A stretch of DNA of 64,000 nucleotides from Phallusia mammillata (Eukaryota): NCBI GenBank assembly GCA_965637545.1, contig OZ281497.1:7068001-7132000 (forward strand), given 5' to 3'. Below are positions 28,101 to 39,869 of the stretch, in pieces. The position numbers and the translations under genes are program-made. Within the stretch, counting starts at the first letter, position 1. Every line of letters begins with the position of its first letter. Under the pieces are notes generated by a model, which was not told where the DNA came from, searched no databases, and was given only the letters and a program-made list of their open reading frames with translations.

Positions 28101-31100
28101 CACGTATAAGTTGAATGTCAAAACAGAATACAGGAATCAGCCTGTGTAACAAGATGCTGACCTACTTATTTGTTAATTGCCTATATCCAAAATTATTCAA
28201 GATTCTATATGAATCAGCCAGAAACTGACGATATCTTCTAAACCAGCGTGGTCCAACTGCAGGCCCGCGGGCCAATTGTGGCCCGCGAGATAATTTTGTT
28301 GGCCCGCGAAAGTCCCAACATTTTAATGACAACTATAAGTTTTGTCTTCAATAATTCAATGTTTTTAATATGTGAGGATTAACGCACACTAAATACTGTA
28401 AAATCTCCTATTGTGACGCCTGACAAGGCATTGTTATGTAAGAAAGGGTTCTGCTTCTCCAAACCGTTCAGGGGCATTTCTGCGCTAGAGTGGAAACTGA
28501 ATGTTTTTGACAGCTTCTACTAAGTAAATAACTATAAAGTATAAAAATAAACTTATCTATAGGTAAAAAAGGTGTATAGTTACCCTAGAGTTTGATTCAG
28601 AAAAAAGTTTTTCCTGCAAAAATGTAAACCTTGGCCCGCGTAGTCAGTTAACGATTTTAAATGGCCCGCAACAAAATAAAGTTGGACCACACTGTTCTAA
28701 ACTAGGCGAAAAGATACATTTCAGTTTCGAAAAAAACAGTGACCGTCTGCCACGCAGCGTAAATTTGGATCAGTAAACATATATTCACTGTCAAGATGAT
28801 TTTGTTCCCACGCTATGTTAAAACGTTGGTTCAAAGTTTTTTGTATTGGGGGATAGGATTTATACCTTAAGTTGTGCGCTGTAATGTTTGTCCTCTCAAT
28901 TAACCCAATTGCAAATTTTTAAGTATTTCTTCATTGGTTTGGTATGTATAGGTTTATGCGCTTTTCAGGTTTGTATAAGAATCTCCATCATTGATGGGTG
29001 AATGAAAAGTGCGTTGTTTACCAATAAACTAATTGCCATATATCACAACTTTACTGTCTAATTAATCGCATCTTTATGGCAGTGGTTTTGCAGTAATCTA
29101 CTTTTTCCACAAGTCACGTTGTTTACTGTGCTTTATACAAAACAAAAACTTACACAGATACATGCAAAGACAATCATCTGACTGTAATGTAAAATGTGCG
29201 TTGGTTACCTAATGTAACGTGGGAAGCACCGCCTGAACGTAAATTGCCCCCAAATTTGGTTGTCCAGTCTTGGTAAATCCGAGTACTTCAGTTAAAAAAA
29301 TGTGTTAAAATCCCTCTCAACATAATCAATCAAGTTTTCTTCTTTAAACTGTCGAAGTTCCCGCCCTCGTACCGTAAACGTAGATATTTTTCGCGCTCAT
29401 CCTGCCCGAGTGGACCGTTAAGTGCACTCCCACTGTCCGGACTCCCTTAGTGTAAACAAACACATAATTGTGACGCAAGCGGCGTCAGAGAAAGGCCACT
29501 TTCGCCCACCCGAGTTAGAGACATCACCTCATTCCTGTATACAAGACCCCACCCACTACCAGTTCGTTTGAACAGTAAAACGCGTTGTCGCGAAGTGTGT
29601 CAGGCTTCGTTTGCTGTGTTTAAAGCTTTCTGTTGTCAGACCACTTGGGGTGGCTATAAGTCTTTATTGCCATTCTTGCGAGATGATTCAGTAGTCTTGT
29701 TTTTTCACTCTTGAAACATTTTCTGCTTTGCGGGGTTTATACGAGATATATCACATATTCCTAATCAATATCCCACCGAAAACTGTTCATTCCTTTTTCC
29801 GCTTTAGCTGATCAACAAAGTTGGCTGTCAACAACCGCATTTTGTGATGTTTTACTTTCGCCGCGTCTTTGGTCACACAAAAACCCGGTAGCATCCCCTT
29901 ATCTAGTATTGCTGCATTGTATGTTGCAGCATACAGGGATGTAATGGATTGACAAGTGCCACAAAATCCATGGTTTTGGTCTTTATTTAATGAAACGTAC
30001 AAGGTTGGAAGCTATGTACTTTTGCTGCGTTTACATGACATTAGCATTACTGTAACAACAACGAACGGTACCAGACGTAGGCAATGCATATTACACCTAC
30101 ATCTACGTTGACCTTACTATTTACTCTAGAGGTGTGAAATAGGTTTGTTGACAACTTTAAACCACGCTGCCAATTTACCGATTTTGCAACATCGGTTTGC
30201 AGTTTTAGAGTCTACCCACAAAATTGAATTCAAATCACCATACACCAGAAAAGCGTCTGTTTTCTTTCGGAATTTTACCCGTTATCTTGGCGCCATGATA
30301 CGGAGCACTTTCGCGAATAGCTCTCGACGAAGTCAAATCGTCATAAAACTTCTATTCTTTTGCATTGTGGCGTCATAAAAACGTAACGCCAGGCTTCCGG
30401 TGTGCCTTTGATGCGGTCTATCGATCCCTTGTCACGCTTTGTGGACTTTCTAAAACCCTTGAAACGAATCGAAAGCCCACCATGAATGCAGTTTATTGAC
30501 TGGCAAAATGTGTTTCGGTATAGGCTCTATTCAATAATTTTAGTTTCAAGCGTTTGGTAATGAATTACGGTATATGGGATTTTACATGAATATTGACATC
30601 CTATTTTATGTGGTTATACAGATGCCAATACATTGCAGAATTAATTCCAGAACAACTTTATTCCTTGCTAAAGTATTTGCTTTTGCTATGAATACTGCAG
30701 AGTGGATTGTAGGTAATGATATTTTTCGAATTAAACACAGTCCAACTGAAGTTACACACTTCAGAACGGCTGGACAGGCGTTAGCATTTGCACCAAGGTT
30801 TTTTGATTTTGAAATTTTGTATGTGACCTAATATTTCGTTTTTGTTGCACCACAAAACCGTCTTTGATGTGTGCAATCAAGTCCGTGATTTGTCTTTACC
30901 TCAATGCTGCACGCATCGGCCCTTGGTGAGGCAAATTACTACTTACATTCATTGCCTTTCACGGTTTGCATGGTAATCGTCAGGCAAGTCGCAATTAAAC
31001 TCGTCCCACTTGCTAGTTTCAATCAAAGTCAACGCACATAATTGGCTCTGAACCTAATCCTTCGCTGCTCCAATTGCGCTGCACAGAATCGCAAGTGCTT

Positions 31101-34100
31101 AAGCCGGAAGAGTTGGATTGTGTTGGGCTTGTATGCAAATACTGCTGGCCCCTTTACTTTCAATGCAGCAAGCTTGCTTCAGCTTTTGTATGAAATAGTG
31201 GTTTGTTTTATGATCTATGTTCACACTGGGATACGGTAATCAACAATTTGTACGTTAAAATGTATAATTGTTAACTTTCTTATGACTTACACCCATAAAT
31301 GTAGTTCGGGTTAATTTTTCTCTCTTTTTTGTTTTGTAAAACAGCCGTCCTTACGGTACGTTGCTTGGTTTGGTTCAAATTCTTTGTTGTTGCAATTCAA
31401 TTAACCCTCAAAATACTCGCCATTTACAATGTTTTATCTTTTTCTATTACACATGCTTACACTTTAAAATATGCCTTTCACCTTCCAACTACTACGCCTT
31501 TGTTTCTTTAATATAAAAATACTTAATATTTTATGCTTTTTATCAGAACCTGCTTTGTAAGGTACAGCTTCACTGGTTCCAAACTTTCACAATAAGATTG
31601 CATAATTGTTACCTTGTTACATGTTTTTAATATATTTTTTGCACAAACGTATGAAGGACGGATTGGTTGCATACCTCACTGAGAATGGTGTATTTGATCT
31701 GTAAAAGCCTTTTATGGCATGTTTGCTACTGTCAATGATTAATGATAAAGAATGATGTAGCTGATGGTCAACGGCAAAACGAATGAATGGGATATATGAG
31801 AAATTTGTTTCGTTTTAATATTAGAGCATTAAGGTTATTTTCGGATAAGGCTCTAATACAAAAAAATTCTTAAGTAAAGTGCGTTTCAAACTTTCATTTA
31901 ACATTGAATAGTGTTCGCCGACCAAGAAATTGAATAGCCAACTACAGACTAAAAACAAATTTCATCGCTATGCCAGCAGAGCCATAATCAGGTTTCTGGC
32001 TAAACACCAAACATAGCAAACCTACATAACCTAAAGGCTAGTCGCAAACCTGGCTCAACTTATCCAGCCTCTGCAAGTAGATGTGCTAAATTATTCATGC
32101 ATCGTTCGTCATATAAGGTCGCATAGGGAGATAAGGTACACCGCTGAGGCATAGGCCTCTGCAAATTGAAGAATAAGTTTGTGGTGGGCGTCAATTTACG
32201 TAGGTGTGCCAAGTTAATGTGTTGACAGTGATTCTTGATGTACCAAGAGGCGTTTTTGTTGGATTACAGTTATTCTATTATGTTTAGCATGGGTGCATTT
32301 TTGCACCTATTGTATTTTTTCACCCTTTTGAAGCAGTGGTCCTCAACCCGTGACACACGATTCTTACAAGGTTGAAAACCACTGCTTTAAAGCTTACATC
32401 TGGTGTTGTGTGGTTCAGATTACAAATCTCCTTCAAAAATTAGCATTTTAAACTAGCTTCGCAAAATGAACTTGGACATACCATCATGTGTAACTAAAGC
32501 GTTCCAAAAATGGTAATGCTACAGACAATGTATTTCCAATGTGGATTATAATTATACATTATCGACTTGATTCTGTCTGGTCGATCAAAAAATAGTATCA
32601 GTAGAAGTTGGTAATTACAGCCACGCCGTAATTACAGTAACGGCGCATACACAAACGAGACAATCGCTACGGCGAGATTTGGCTTTAATCGACCTCGGCA
32701 ACAATGGAATTCACAACCGCAATTTTTCTTTGCAGAAACAACTACGTGAGCTCGACAGCGACATCTTGCGAAAATTCGTGCGTCTGAATGACTGCATCGA
32801 CGACATGCGCTGGCAACTCGAGCAGCGTGAAGCTGATCTTAAACGCAGCATGGAACAAGATGACGTCATCACCATCCAGGATGACGTCATGAACGATGCG
32901 GGACGTCCAAATCCATGGGAGGAGGATTTAAAACGGTTGTCCGAAGACGAAAACGACAACATCGAAGAGGATGACGACATGAAGTTTGTAGCTCCGGTTA
33001 CCAAGGCAACCACGTCATACGCCACGTTGACGTCAGTTCGTAGCAGCAAGCCAGGCGTGACGAATAAGTCGTATGCCAATCCCACGCATGGGCATGTGGA
33101 TGAAAAAGGAACAATGACTGCAGACAGAACGAAAGATCAACAGGAACACAGTCGGCAAGATTTTTATAGGTAAGTTTAACTCTTCTTGACAATTTGGTTT
33201 AAGGCAGTTGCAGAATTAAACCTTGATAAAGTATAAGAGCAAACTGACCAAAATGTGTCGCAAGGCCACAATCACCACATTTCAAAGTTAAAATACGCGT
33301 CTGTGAGCAGTTTTGTTTTGTCTTTTGGTAACTGGAATATTTTAAGCAAAAAAATCATAGCCTGTATTTGCGTGTTAAACATGACTAGGTTTCAACTGAT
33401 TTGCTCAGAATATTTACAACCGTGCATTGCATGTGCACACAAGGATGTTATATTTCGCCTTTTAGACTTTTTACATGCAACTGAACGCAACGTAAGATAA
33501 GACAAAACCTTGTAAACTAGGCTCGCTTGTATGTTCAGCCCACTGTTATCCACACCACGTGACGTTGGTAAAGTCAATTGAGCGTGACGAACTTCGCTCT
33601 GCTTTTTGCGGTTCGTGAGAAGGTGTGCCTTAATATGGCGCTGGTGGTTTAAAACTCTTGTTGAAGTGACAGTTGTGGGAATCTCACACAGGCCTTGTAA
33701 TATACAGCTCGTAGTGAGCCAGGTTGAGTAAATGACGTTTCGCACGCTACTTCCATTTCACGAAATGTATCATATTGTGTAGCCCTTAGAGGAAACTTTC
33801 TGTTTCATTATGCAGCTTGTAGCATTTGGACCATATGTTTGGTGTCATGCTATGTTTTCTAAAAAACAACTAAAGCTTTTTTTATACTTGACAGTCTTCC
33901 AAACTTTAACTGTTTTCGAAATAGTAGCTTCTTGGTTGCTATTGTTTTTGCATGGATAAACGCAGCTACATGCGATGTCCGGCTTAGCCTAAATGTCAAG
34001 TTTTAAAATCTGTGCAGCACATAGTAACATTTTCCCAATGTCTTTTACTTGTAGAACCAAACCACTCAGGCCGACCTCTGCAAGCCAGGTGGCCTACACC

Positions 34101-34844
34101 ACCTACCAAAAACAGCAACAGCAACATCCAGTGCAGCAGACTAACTACCAGCCCTATCACCAGCACCAGCGTGTTGTTCCAAACCAGCGGCCAGCCTCGG
34201 CGTCCAACGCTAACAAGAAATACGCCACTCGCGCTGTATCGTTCCAATCATCTGGCCGAGACTCGGCGTTTCGACCAATCAGAAGCAATCAGCAGTCACG
34301 TGATTCGGCCACGACATCACGTGACTCAAACCCGAGGGGCGACCGTGTTCTCGTCAGACGAGTGTCGGACTTTCAAAAGCAACGAGATTACCAGAATCTG
34401 ATTGACTTGTCACGTGTCAGAGGATCGAACCAATCAGGTGGTGGTCATCCGCAGCATCAGCAGCCGCAAAGACCTCAGATGAATGTGCCAGGTTCGCGAA
34501 CCTCTACGTCATCTATTGCGTCATCTGCTTCGTCCAACTCATCTGCGTCATCACTTCGCTCTCCCACGCGGCCCTCTGTGGCGCGTAGCAGCAGCCACAA
34601 GTGGGCGCGCTTTGGCTTGGGCAAGTCTAGTAAAGCGCCACAGCCTGTAGTTGAAGCCAAGCCTATGGCGCCGCCACAAAGTCTTGTCACACAACAGCAG
34701 AAGAGGACAAGTCTCTCGCGGCGCGGTAATGACGTTATGATTCCACGTGACCAAAACGTGATCACGGTGTCATATAAGCGCACGACCGCAAACGACTCTG
34801 TCTATAGTTGGATCCAGAGTCAAGATGACGTCACGTATTTGTAA
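19107..34844 (+). CDS. LURAP1: LURAP1/LURAP1L (leucine-rich adaptor protein) homolog, 3 coding exons, 549 aa
   Basis: Exons 19107-19532 (ATG; donor GTAAGT, phase 0), 32736-33169 (phase 2) and 34055-34844 (TAA). The exon 1-2 junction rebuilds AKLHHLLFEM|KQLRELDSDILRKFVRLNDCIDDMRWQLEQR, matching the LURAP/FAM89 leucine-repeat pattern. The C-terminus WIQSQDDVTYL resembles the PDZ-binding end of LURAP1 as I recall it (DDVTFL). Orthology to LURAP1 versus LURAP1L is not resolved. Confidence 0.8.
28244..28694. mobile_element. hAT-type MITE, 451 bp, in LURAP intron 1
   Basis: TIRs CAGCGTGGTCCAACT / AGTTGGACCACACTG; 8-bp TSD TTCTAAAC at 28236-28243 and 28695-28702; several GGCCCGCG subterminal repeats. 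Confidence 0.88.
32334..32384. mobile_element. Minimal 51-bp hAT-like element
   Basis: CAGTGGTCCTCAACC ... GGTTGAAAACCACTG with a 21-bp spacer; flanks TTTTGAAG / CTTTAAAG match at 6 of 8 positions. Confidence 0.55.
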
Positions 34845-35115
34845 CATGACGTCACTGTCACTTTTTTGCCTCCACGTTTACGCGTATCCACGAATTAAGC
34901 CTTCTTTTGCTATTGTCACTTTCGTTCGTTTTTTTTTCGTTTGCCAGTGCTCAGCTTATTTATCGTCTTTATGTCATCATTGTCATTGTTCTTATTCTTG
35001 CTTGGCACCGCGCAATGCAAGCACATCCAAGTACCGTACCGCCATATAATATACATAACATCTACCGATGCATTGTCCTTTCTCCTTGTCTTTTATGTAA
35101 GGAATAAATCTTGTC
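32404..35115 (+). repeat. Segmental duplication, copy 1 (about 2.7 kb; LURAP exons 2-3 plus flanks)
   Basis: Colinear with 42251-44958 at an offset of about 9845 bp; nearly identical across both exons and the intervening intron. Confidence 0.95.
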
Positions 35116-35475
35116 ATACTCGAGTGTTGCGAGTCAGTTTGGATGTGTAAGGAAACGTCACTGGGGCACCATTATGAAGGGGGCACGTCTTGCTCTGTGA
35201 TTACTCATCTGGTTGATACGTTTGATGAAACCTCTTCAGATGTGGTTGCAAAATAACTTTGTCAAAATTATATAACGCTTGGGAACTTCATGTTGGGGGT
35301 AAGACTGTCAGACTATAGATTCACTGCAACTGCCTGAACAGTTTTTTGTAAAGAGTCAGATTATATTACGCCACCAACGTCCCAATGACATAACAGCTTT
35401 ATGATAATTTTCTAAATACAAAAACAACTCTACAACATCGTTTTTTTAGTTATTCTTATTTTGTTTATAATTAAG

Positions 35476-35684
35476 CTAAACTGGAACGATATGCAAAATG
35501 GCATGCGACTCACCTGATTTTGCAGCAAACAATGAAAACTGAACGCAAAGCCCAATATGAAGAGAAGGAAGACGACAAAAAATTTCGTAAATGTTTGAAG
35601 AACTTCGGTAAACATTAGAACATAAATTCCAAATGTTGGCAATTTTCGTATGAACATGATCAAAACCATCCATGATAGTAAAAT
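35476..35684 (-). pseudogene. Orphan 5'-truncated TRPA1-like exon (S4-S5 region) with donor site
   Basis: Aligns to 53353-53562 with 13 substitutions and 1 indel. Encodes ILLSWMVLIMFIRKLPTFGIYVLMFTEVLQTFTKFFVVFLLFILGFAFSFHCLLQNQ|GTGAGT; the acceptor and first 10 codons are missing. Confidence 0.88.
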
Positions 35685-35687
35685 ACG

Positions 35688-36894
35688 TACACTCTAAAAA
35701 AACTTCGCTCATTTCTTCTCCCCGGCGGGAGACGGCGAGCGAAATTCCCGTCTTTCGTCTGGAGAGAAGTGAAATTTTCGCTCAAACCTTTTTTCGCGGC
35801 GAAACGAGAGAACCTTTCTCTATTTTCGAAATCGCGCGTTCCGCAGTGGACAACGTGATTGGCTGGCGCAAGCGAGAGGAATGAAATTGAATTACGCCAC
35901 AGTCACATCTATTGCGCAAAACTGCGGGATAGGGTTTGGATGGCGCGAATTACCAAACGAGGCCAAGTTGGGCTTAGATATTACCATCGGCTAGCGTTGG
36001 CTGCGTTGCATGCAAAGTGTCCAAAGCAGATATTTCACAGTTTGGCATTGAAGAGCCGCGTTTCTAAAGGATAAACAGTTAATTGACGATAGTATTGAGG
36101 AGAAAATGAGAAGTAAGTCATTTTATTATCTTGTACTTATATATTGTGTATGTTTTTTTTTATTTATTTTGTGGTCTTGTTTTCATTCAAAAATTTCCTG
36201 CATAAATGTACAATATTCATAAAACAAAACAATAAAGTTAATGAACATTGACAGTTCTAATTGTCCTTTCAAATGTGGATTTACTTGCAAAGACTGTAAG
36301 TGGTAAAGATTAGCCCGTGATGCAAGTATAATTGTTTTTAAGCAAAACCAAATCTTGTTCAAAGTTTATTTTTCAGTAAGTTCCCAAACCCTGATATTTT
36401 CTGGATTATCATTTGCTGTGGTTAAAATATAGTTGTACAGTATAAAACATCCCCACTAGCTCTGATGTTTTTACAGGCCGGCAACAACATTGCTGAATAT
36501 GCCCTGAACAAGTCAAAAGTCAATCTCAGTCAGCAACTTTTGGTCGCCGTTGGACGAATATAATAAGATCCAGACCAGTTTCCATTCTCTTAGTGCTGTG
36601 ATGTAACAACTGTGTTGGTGTGTTCATTTGTGCCCAGAAAAATAAACCAGTGAACATATTGTGATGTTTTAATGTGTATTTTGATTGAAAGGTGAGCAAA
36701 ACAAGAACCAAACACACAGCACCTGCTTCTTTCAATAGCTCAAACCAATGAGTGAAATAAAGACCAAAAACCCTGCAAATTTAGTCTTTTATTCACTCAA
36801 ATCAGTGAGTGAAGTTGTTCGCTCGTTTAAAGTGAGCTTTTGTTTCACTCGCAGAATTTTTCGCTCAAATTTCGCTCATTTTTTTTAGATTATA
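35688..36894. mobile_element. Possible degenerate TIR element, or two separate remnants
   Basis: Left end TACACTCTAAAAAAA and right end TTTTTTTTAGATTATA are imperfect inverted ends; TTCGCTCA motifs recur near both ends. The interior may be unrelated sequence. Confidence 0.3.
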
Positions 36895-37061
36895 TTTTCT
36901 GTGGCTAAACCCTTGCTACGGTCAACCTGATATTTCTGCCACAATTTGTTTGCCTACAGGTACACATTCAGCTTAAATAATGTAACGTCATGTTTGCTAC
37001 AATATAACTATACTCACATGTATTGATGCGTCAAACAATAGTTCCATGTCTTCAATTAAAC

Positions 37062-37540
37062 CAGGGGTCACCAAACTTTTTTCACTGCGGGCCGGATAAG
37101 TTGAATAATGATTCGCGCGGGCCGCATAGTTCACATGCCCCAGCGCCGTCTTTCAAATCTTAGCCCTCGAGGGGATTTTTATAGGGACCCAAAGATATGG
37201 TCTTTCCACAATCCCATTCAAAATCTGGTAATGCGACTGTTAAACTGTACGAACAATGCTTGTATACAATGTCACAAGCAACAAAATAAGGCAATTTTTG
37301 CACACAATTAACAATTGTAGTCTTGTTTGTGACGTAACAAACTGGCTTTGGATCAATCTTGAGCGTTGTAATCCTATGAAACTAGGTAATATCAATTCTA
37401 CATATCGCGACAGAAAAACTTTCGTAAGGAGTAGATTAATTTTTGAATGTTACAAAGTTATCAATACGATTTGACGAACCAAAAAATGTGGTCGCGTGGC
37501 GGATGAAATGACCTCGCGGGCCGTAGTTTGGTGACCCCTG
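37062..37540. mobile_element. hAT-type MITE, 479 bp
   Basis: Perfect 16-bp TIR CAGGGGTCACCAAACT / AGTTTGGTGACCCCTG; TSD AATTAAAC / AACTAAAC (7 of 8 match). Confidence 0.85.
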
Positions 37541-37821
37541 AACTAAACCATCAAGTGATGCATAGTAAAGAGGTACGTATACAATCTTCTTTGATATTAC
37601 CCAGAGTCCATGTCTGAGTCACTCAGCCCAGGAAACCAAGAATCAAACATTACAAGGTTGAGGGCAGTTTGTCCTTTCTCGTTCTGAATGTTGACATCTG
37701 TAAACGTAGTAATTATAGCAATATTTTCGTTCACAATACTTACGTGTGCTGTTACGAGCTAACGATAAAAAACAATCTACTGTAAACATTGCAGCCTCAG
37801 TCAAAACACACCACCGCTTTC

Positions 37822-38473
37822 CTGTCACCCGTTGGGCTGCACTTTTGTCAAGCCGTCCTTGTGTTACCACTCCGAAGATAGATGTTGCCTTTTCCAAACT
37901 TACTTGAATCCATTGACCCACTTCAGCTGACAACAGACGAATCTCTTAAACCTAAGGTATAACAGTCAAATGCTATTTCACAACTTTTATTATGTTTGGG
38001 GTGGAATTTGTTGAATCTTTTTAAAACAAGAAAATTCAGTGTGAAAAACCACTAAATCTGTCGCTATGTTTTATTTGTTTTATCAAAACAAATGCATTTC
38101 GCTATAAAAAGCATCATCAGTGTCTAAAAACAAAATAAAAAGCGGGATAAAAGCAAAAAATACAAAAAACGCACACACCCAGACCAACCACAAAAAGCCT
38201 ATCCTCTGTCTTACAGGACTGCAAATCTTTTTAAAACAATCACAAAAAGATTTGAGAGACGATTTAAAATCTTTTGTTTCAAAGTTTAGCATGAGTTGAA
38301 GTTAAATACGAAAATGTTTTGCAATTAAGAATTACCTTTTCCGCTAGACCACCCTCCTAGACTACCGAGTCGTGCGTTTTGAGGAGCATAAAAGCTGTGA
38401 GAATTGAAGTACGACGAAGCAGTAATGGCTTTGTCTAGTATGGCACCACTGTTTAATCCCAACAAGCAAGGGC
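37822..38473 (-). pseudogene. Discoidin (F5/8 type C) domain exons, probably degenerate
   Basis: Exon 38473-38336 (GPCLLGLNSGAILDKAITASSYFNSHSFYAPQNARLGSLGGWSSGK, phase 1-1) splices to 37926 (AEVGQWIQVSLEKATSIFGVVTQGRLDKSAAQRVT), the typical N-terminal half of the domain. No clean continuation was found. Confidence 0.65.
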
Positions 38474-39869
38474 CTGCAAAGTGTATTATTCGAAATTCAG
38501 ACAAAAAGTATTTAAATTTCCAAATAGGCGCAAAACAAACCTGTTGGTTTACTTCCACTCACATCACTACCTAAAAACAAATTACATGTTTTACGACTAA
38601 TTTGCTCCGTTTTTTAAGTCTGAAGGTTTTGGTCCCACCATATGCACAAAACATTCATTGTTGTCTATAATTTTTTATCCAGGGAAACAGCAAATTGTTG
38701 TGATTAAAATTTTTTCGTGCTAACCTAATCAGGAAATGTGCACATCTTTCTTGCTAACATTTGTTCCAAGCTGCCCAACAATTCAATCAGAGAAGAGGAT
38801 GTGGTTACGCGTTTGGTGGTCGTTATTGTTTTCTGTAAAAATCATTTTTATCATCTTCTTCTCCAGATGGATATGTGCATTTTTACCGTTCTTGTTCAAG
38901 CGCAAATAATATGAAAACAGTGCTAAAAATGTTAACATTTAGTTGCCTTCAAAGCACTAGTTACAATTCGGACAAGACTTTTGTGCAAAAATTTGAACAT
39001 TGGCGCTCTAACGTTTTAACAAAGCATTATGACTTTATTGAAAAATAATTTACATTGGTTTAGTGTTGATAGTTTGAAACGATGACAATGATTAAGGTAA
39101 CAATTCTGCATATTTCCTTGACGTCCCTTCGGTGATGGCTAGTGTTTAAAAATACTGGGGGTGCTGATCCTAGTTTTTGCCTTAATAAAACAAAAACTGC
39201 CAATACCTAGAAAAGCCAACTTCCTAGGTGGCAACTTGTTATTCTATTTTCATCCAATGTGACGTTATCATTATATATCAACACGAAGTGATAATGTAGC
39301 ACGAAAACACACGCCACACAGCCTCGAAACGTAGTAGCGGTTGCAAATACGCGAAACAAAAATAATGAAGAAAAACATTGATTAAAAAAGAAGATCGGAA
39401 AGAGAAAAAACCAGAAAGGTTATGACAATGTCCACTGACTAACACACTTTTCCAATCAGCCATTATTCAATCGTTTATTTTTACCTGCGAATATTAAATT
39501 GAACAGAAAAGTGATGGTAGAAGACATCGATTAAACTTTTGGTTAAAATAATGGAAATAAACTGAAGAAGACAACAAATGCAAGACAAAACAGTAGAATT
39601 TAAAGTTTGGTGTTAAACAATGGAACCGCAAAGTAACACAACATTAGAGACGTAGAGTTGATTAAACAATGACAACAACAAGAAGCAAATGTATAACAAA
39701 AGATAAAAATGAAAAATATATATATAAATAATAAACACGAGACAAAAAATCTAAACTATGCACCACACTATGAAACTCATAAACTTAGTAAACACGAACC
39801 GTCGTGCATACAATTACCAACAAGGGATGCGAGGATACACGCATTTGTAAACAAAAGTGGTTTGACCGT

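Noticed and set aside
32679-32735. TTG/GTG-started N-termini for the ORFs at 32679 and 42510, and the 5' parts of ORFs 33993 and 43838
   Set aside because: These stretches are intron sequence upstream of strong acceptors (TTTTTCTTTGCAG; TTTTACTTGTAG); splicing to exon 1 completes the LURAP motif.
32711-34783. Antisense ORFs over the LURAP exons (and 42557-44628)
   Set aside because: Complement of low-complexity Asp/Ser/Gln-rich coding sequence.
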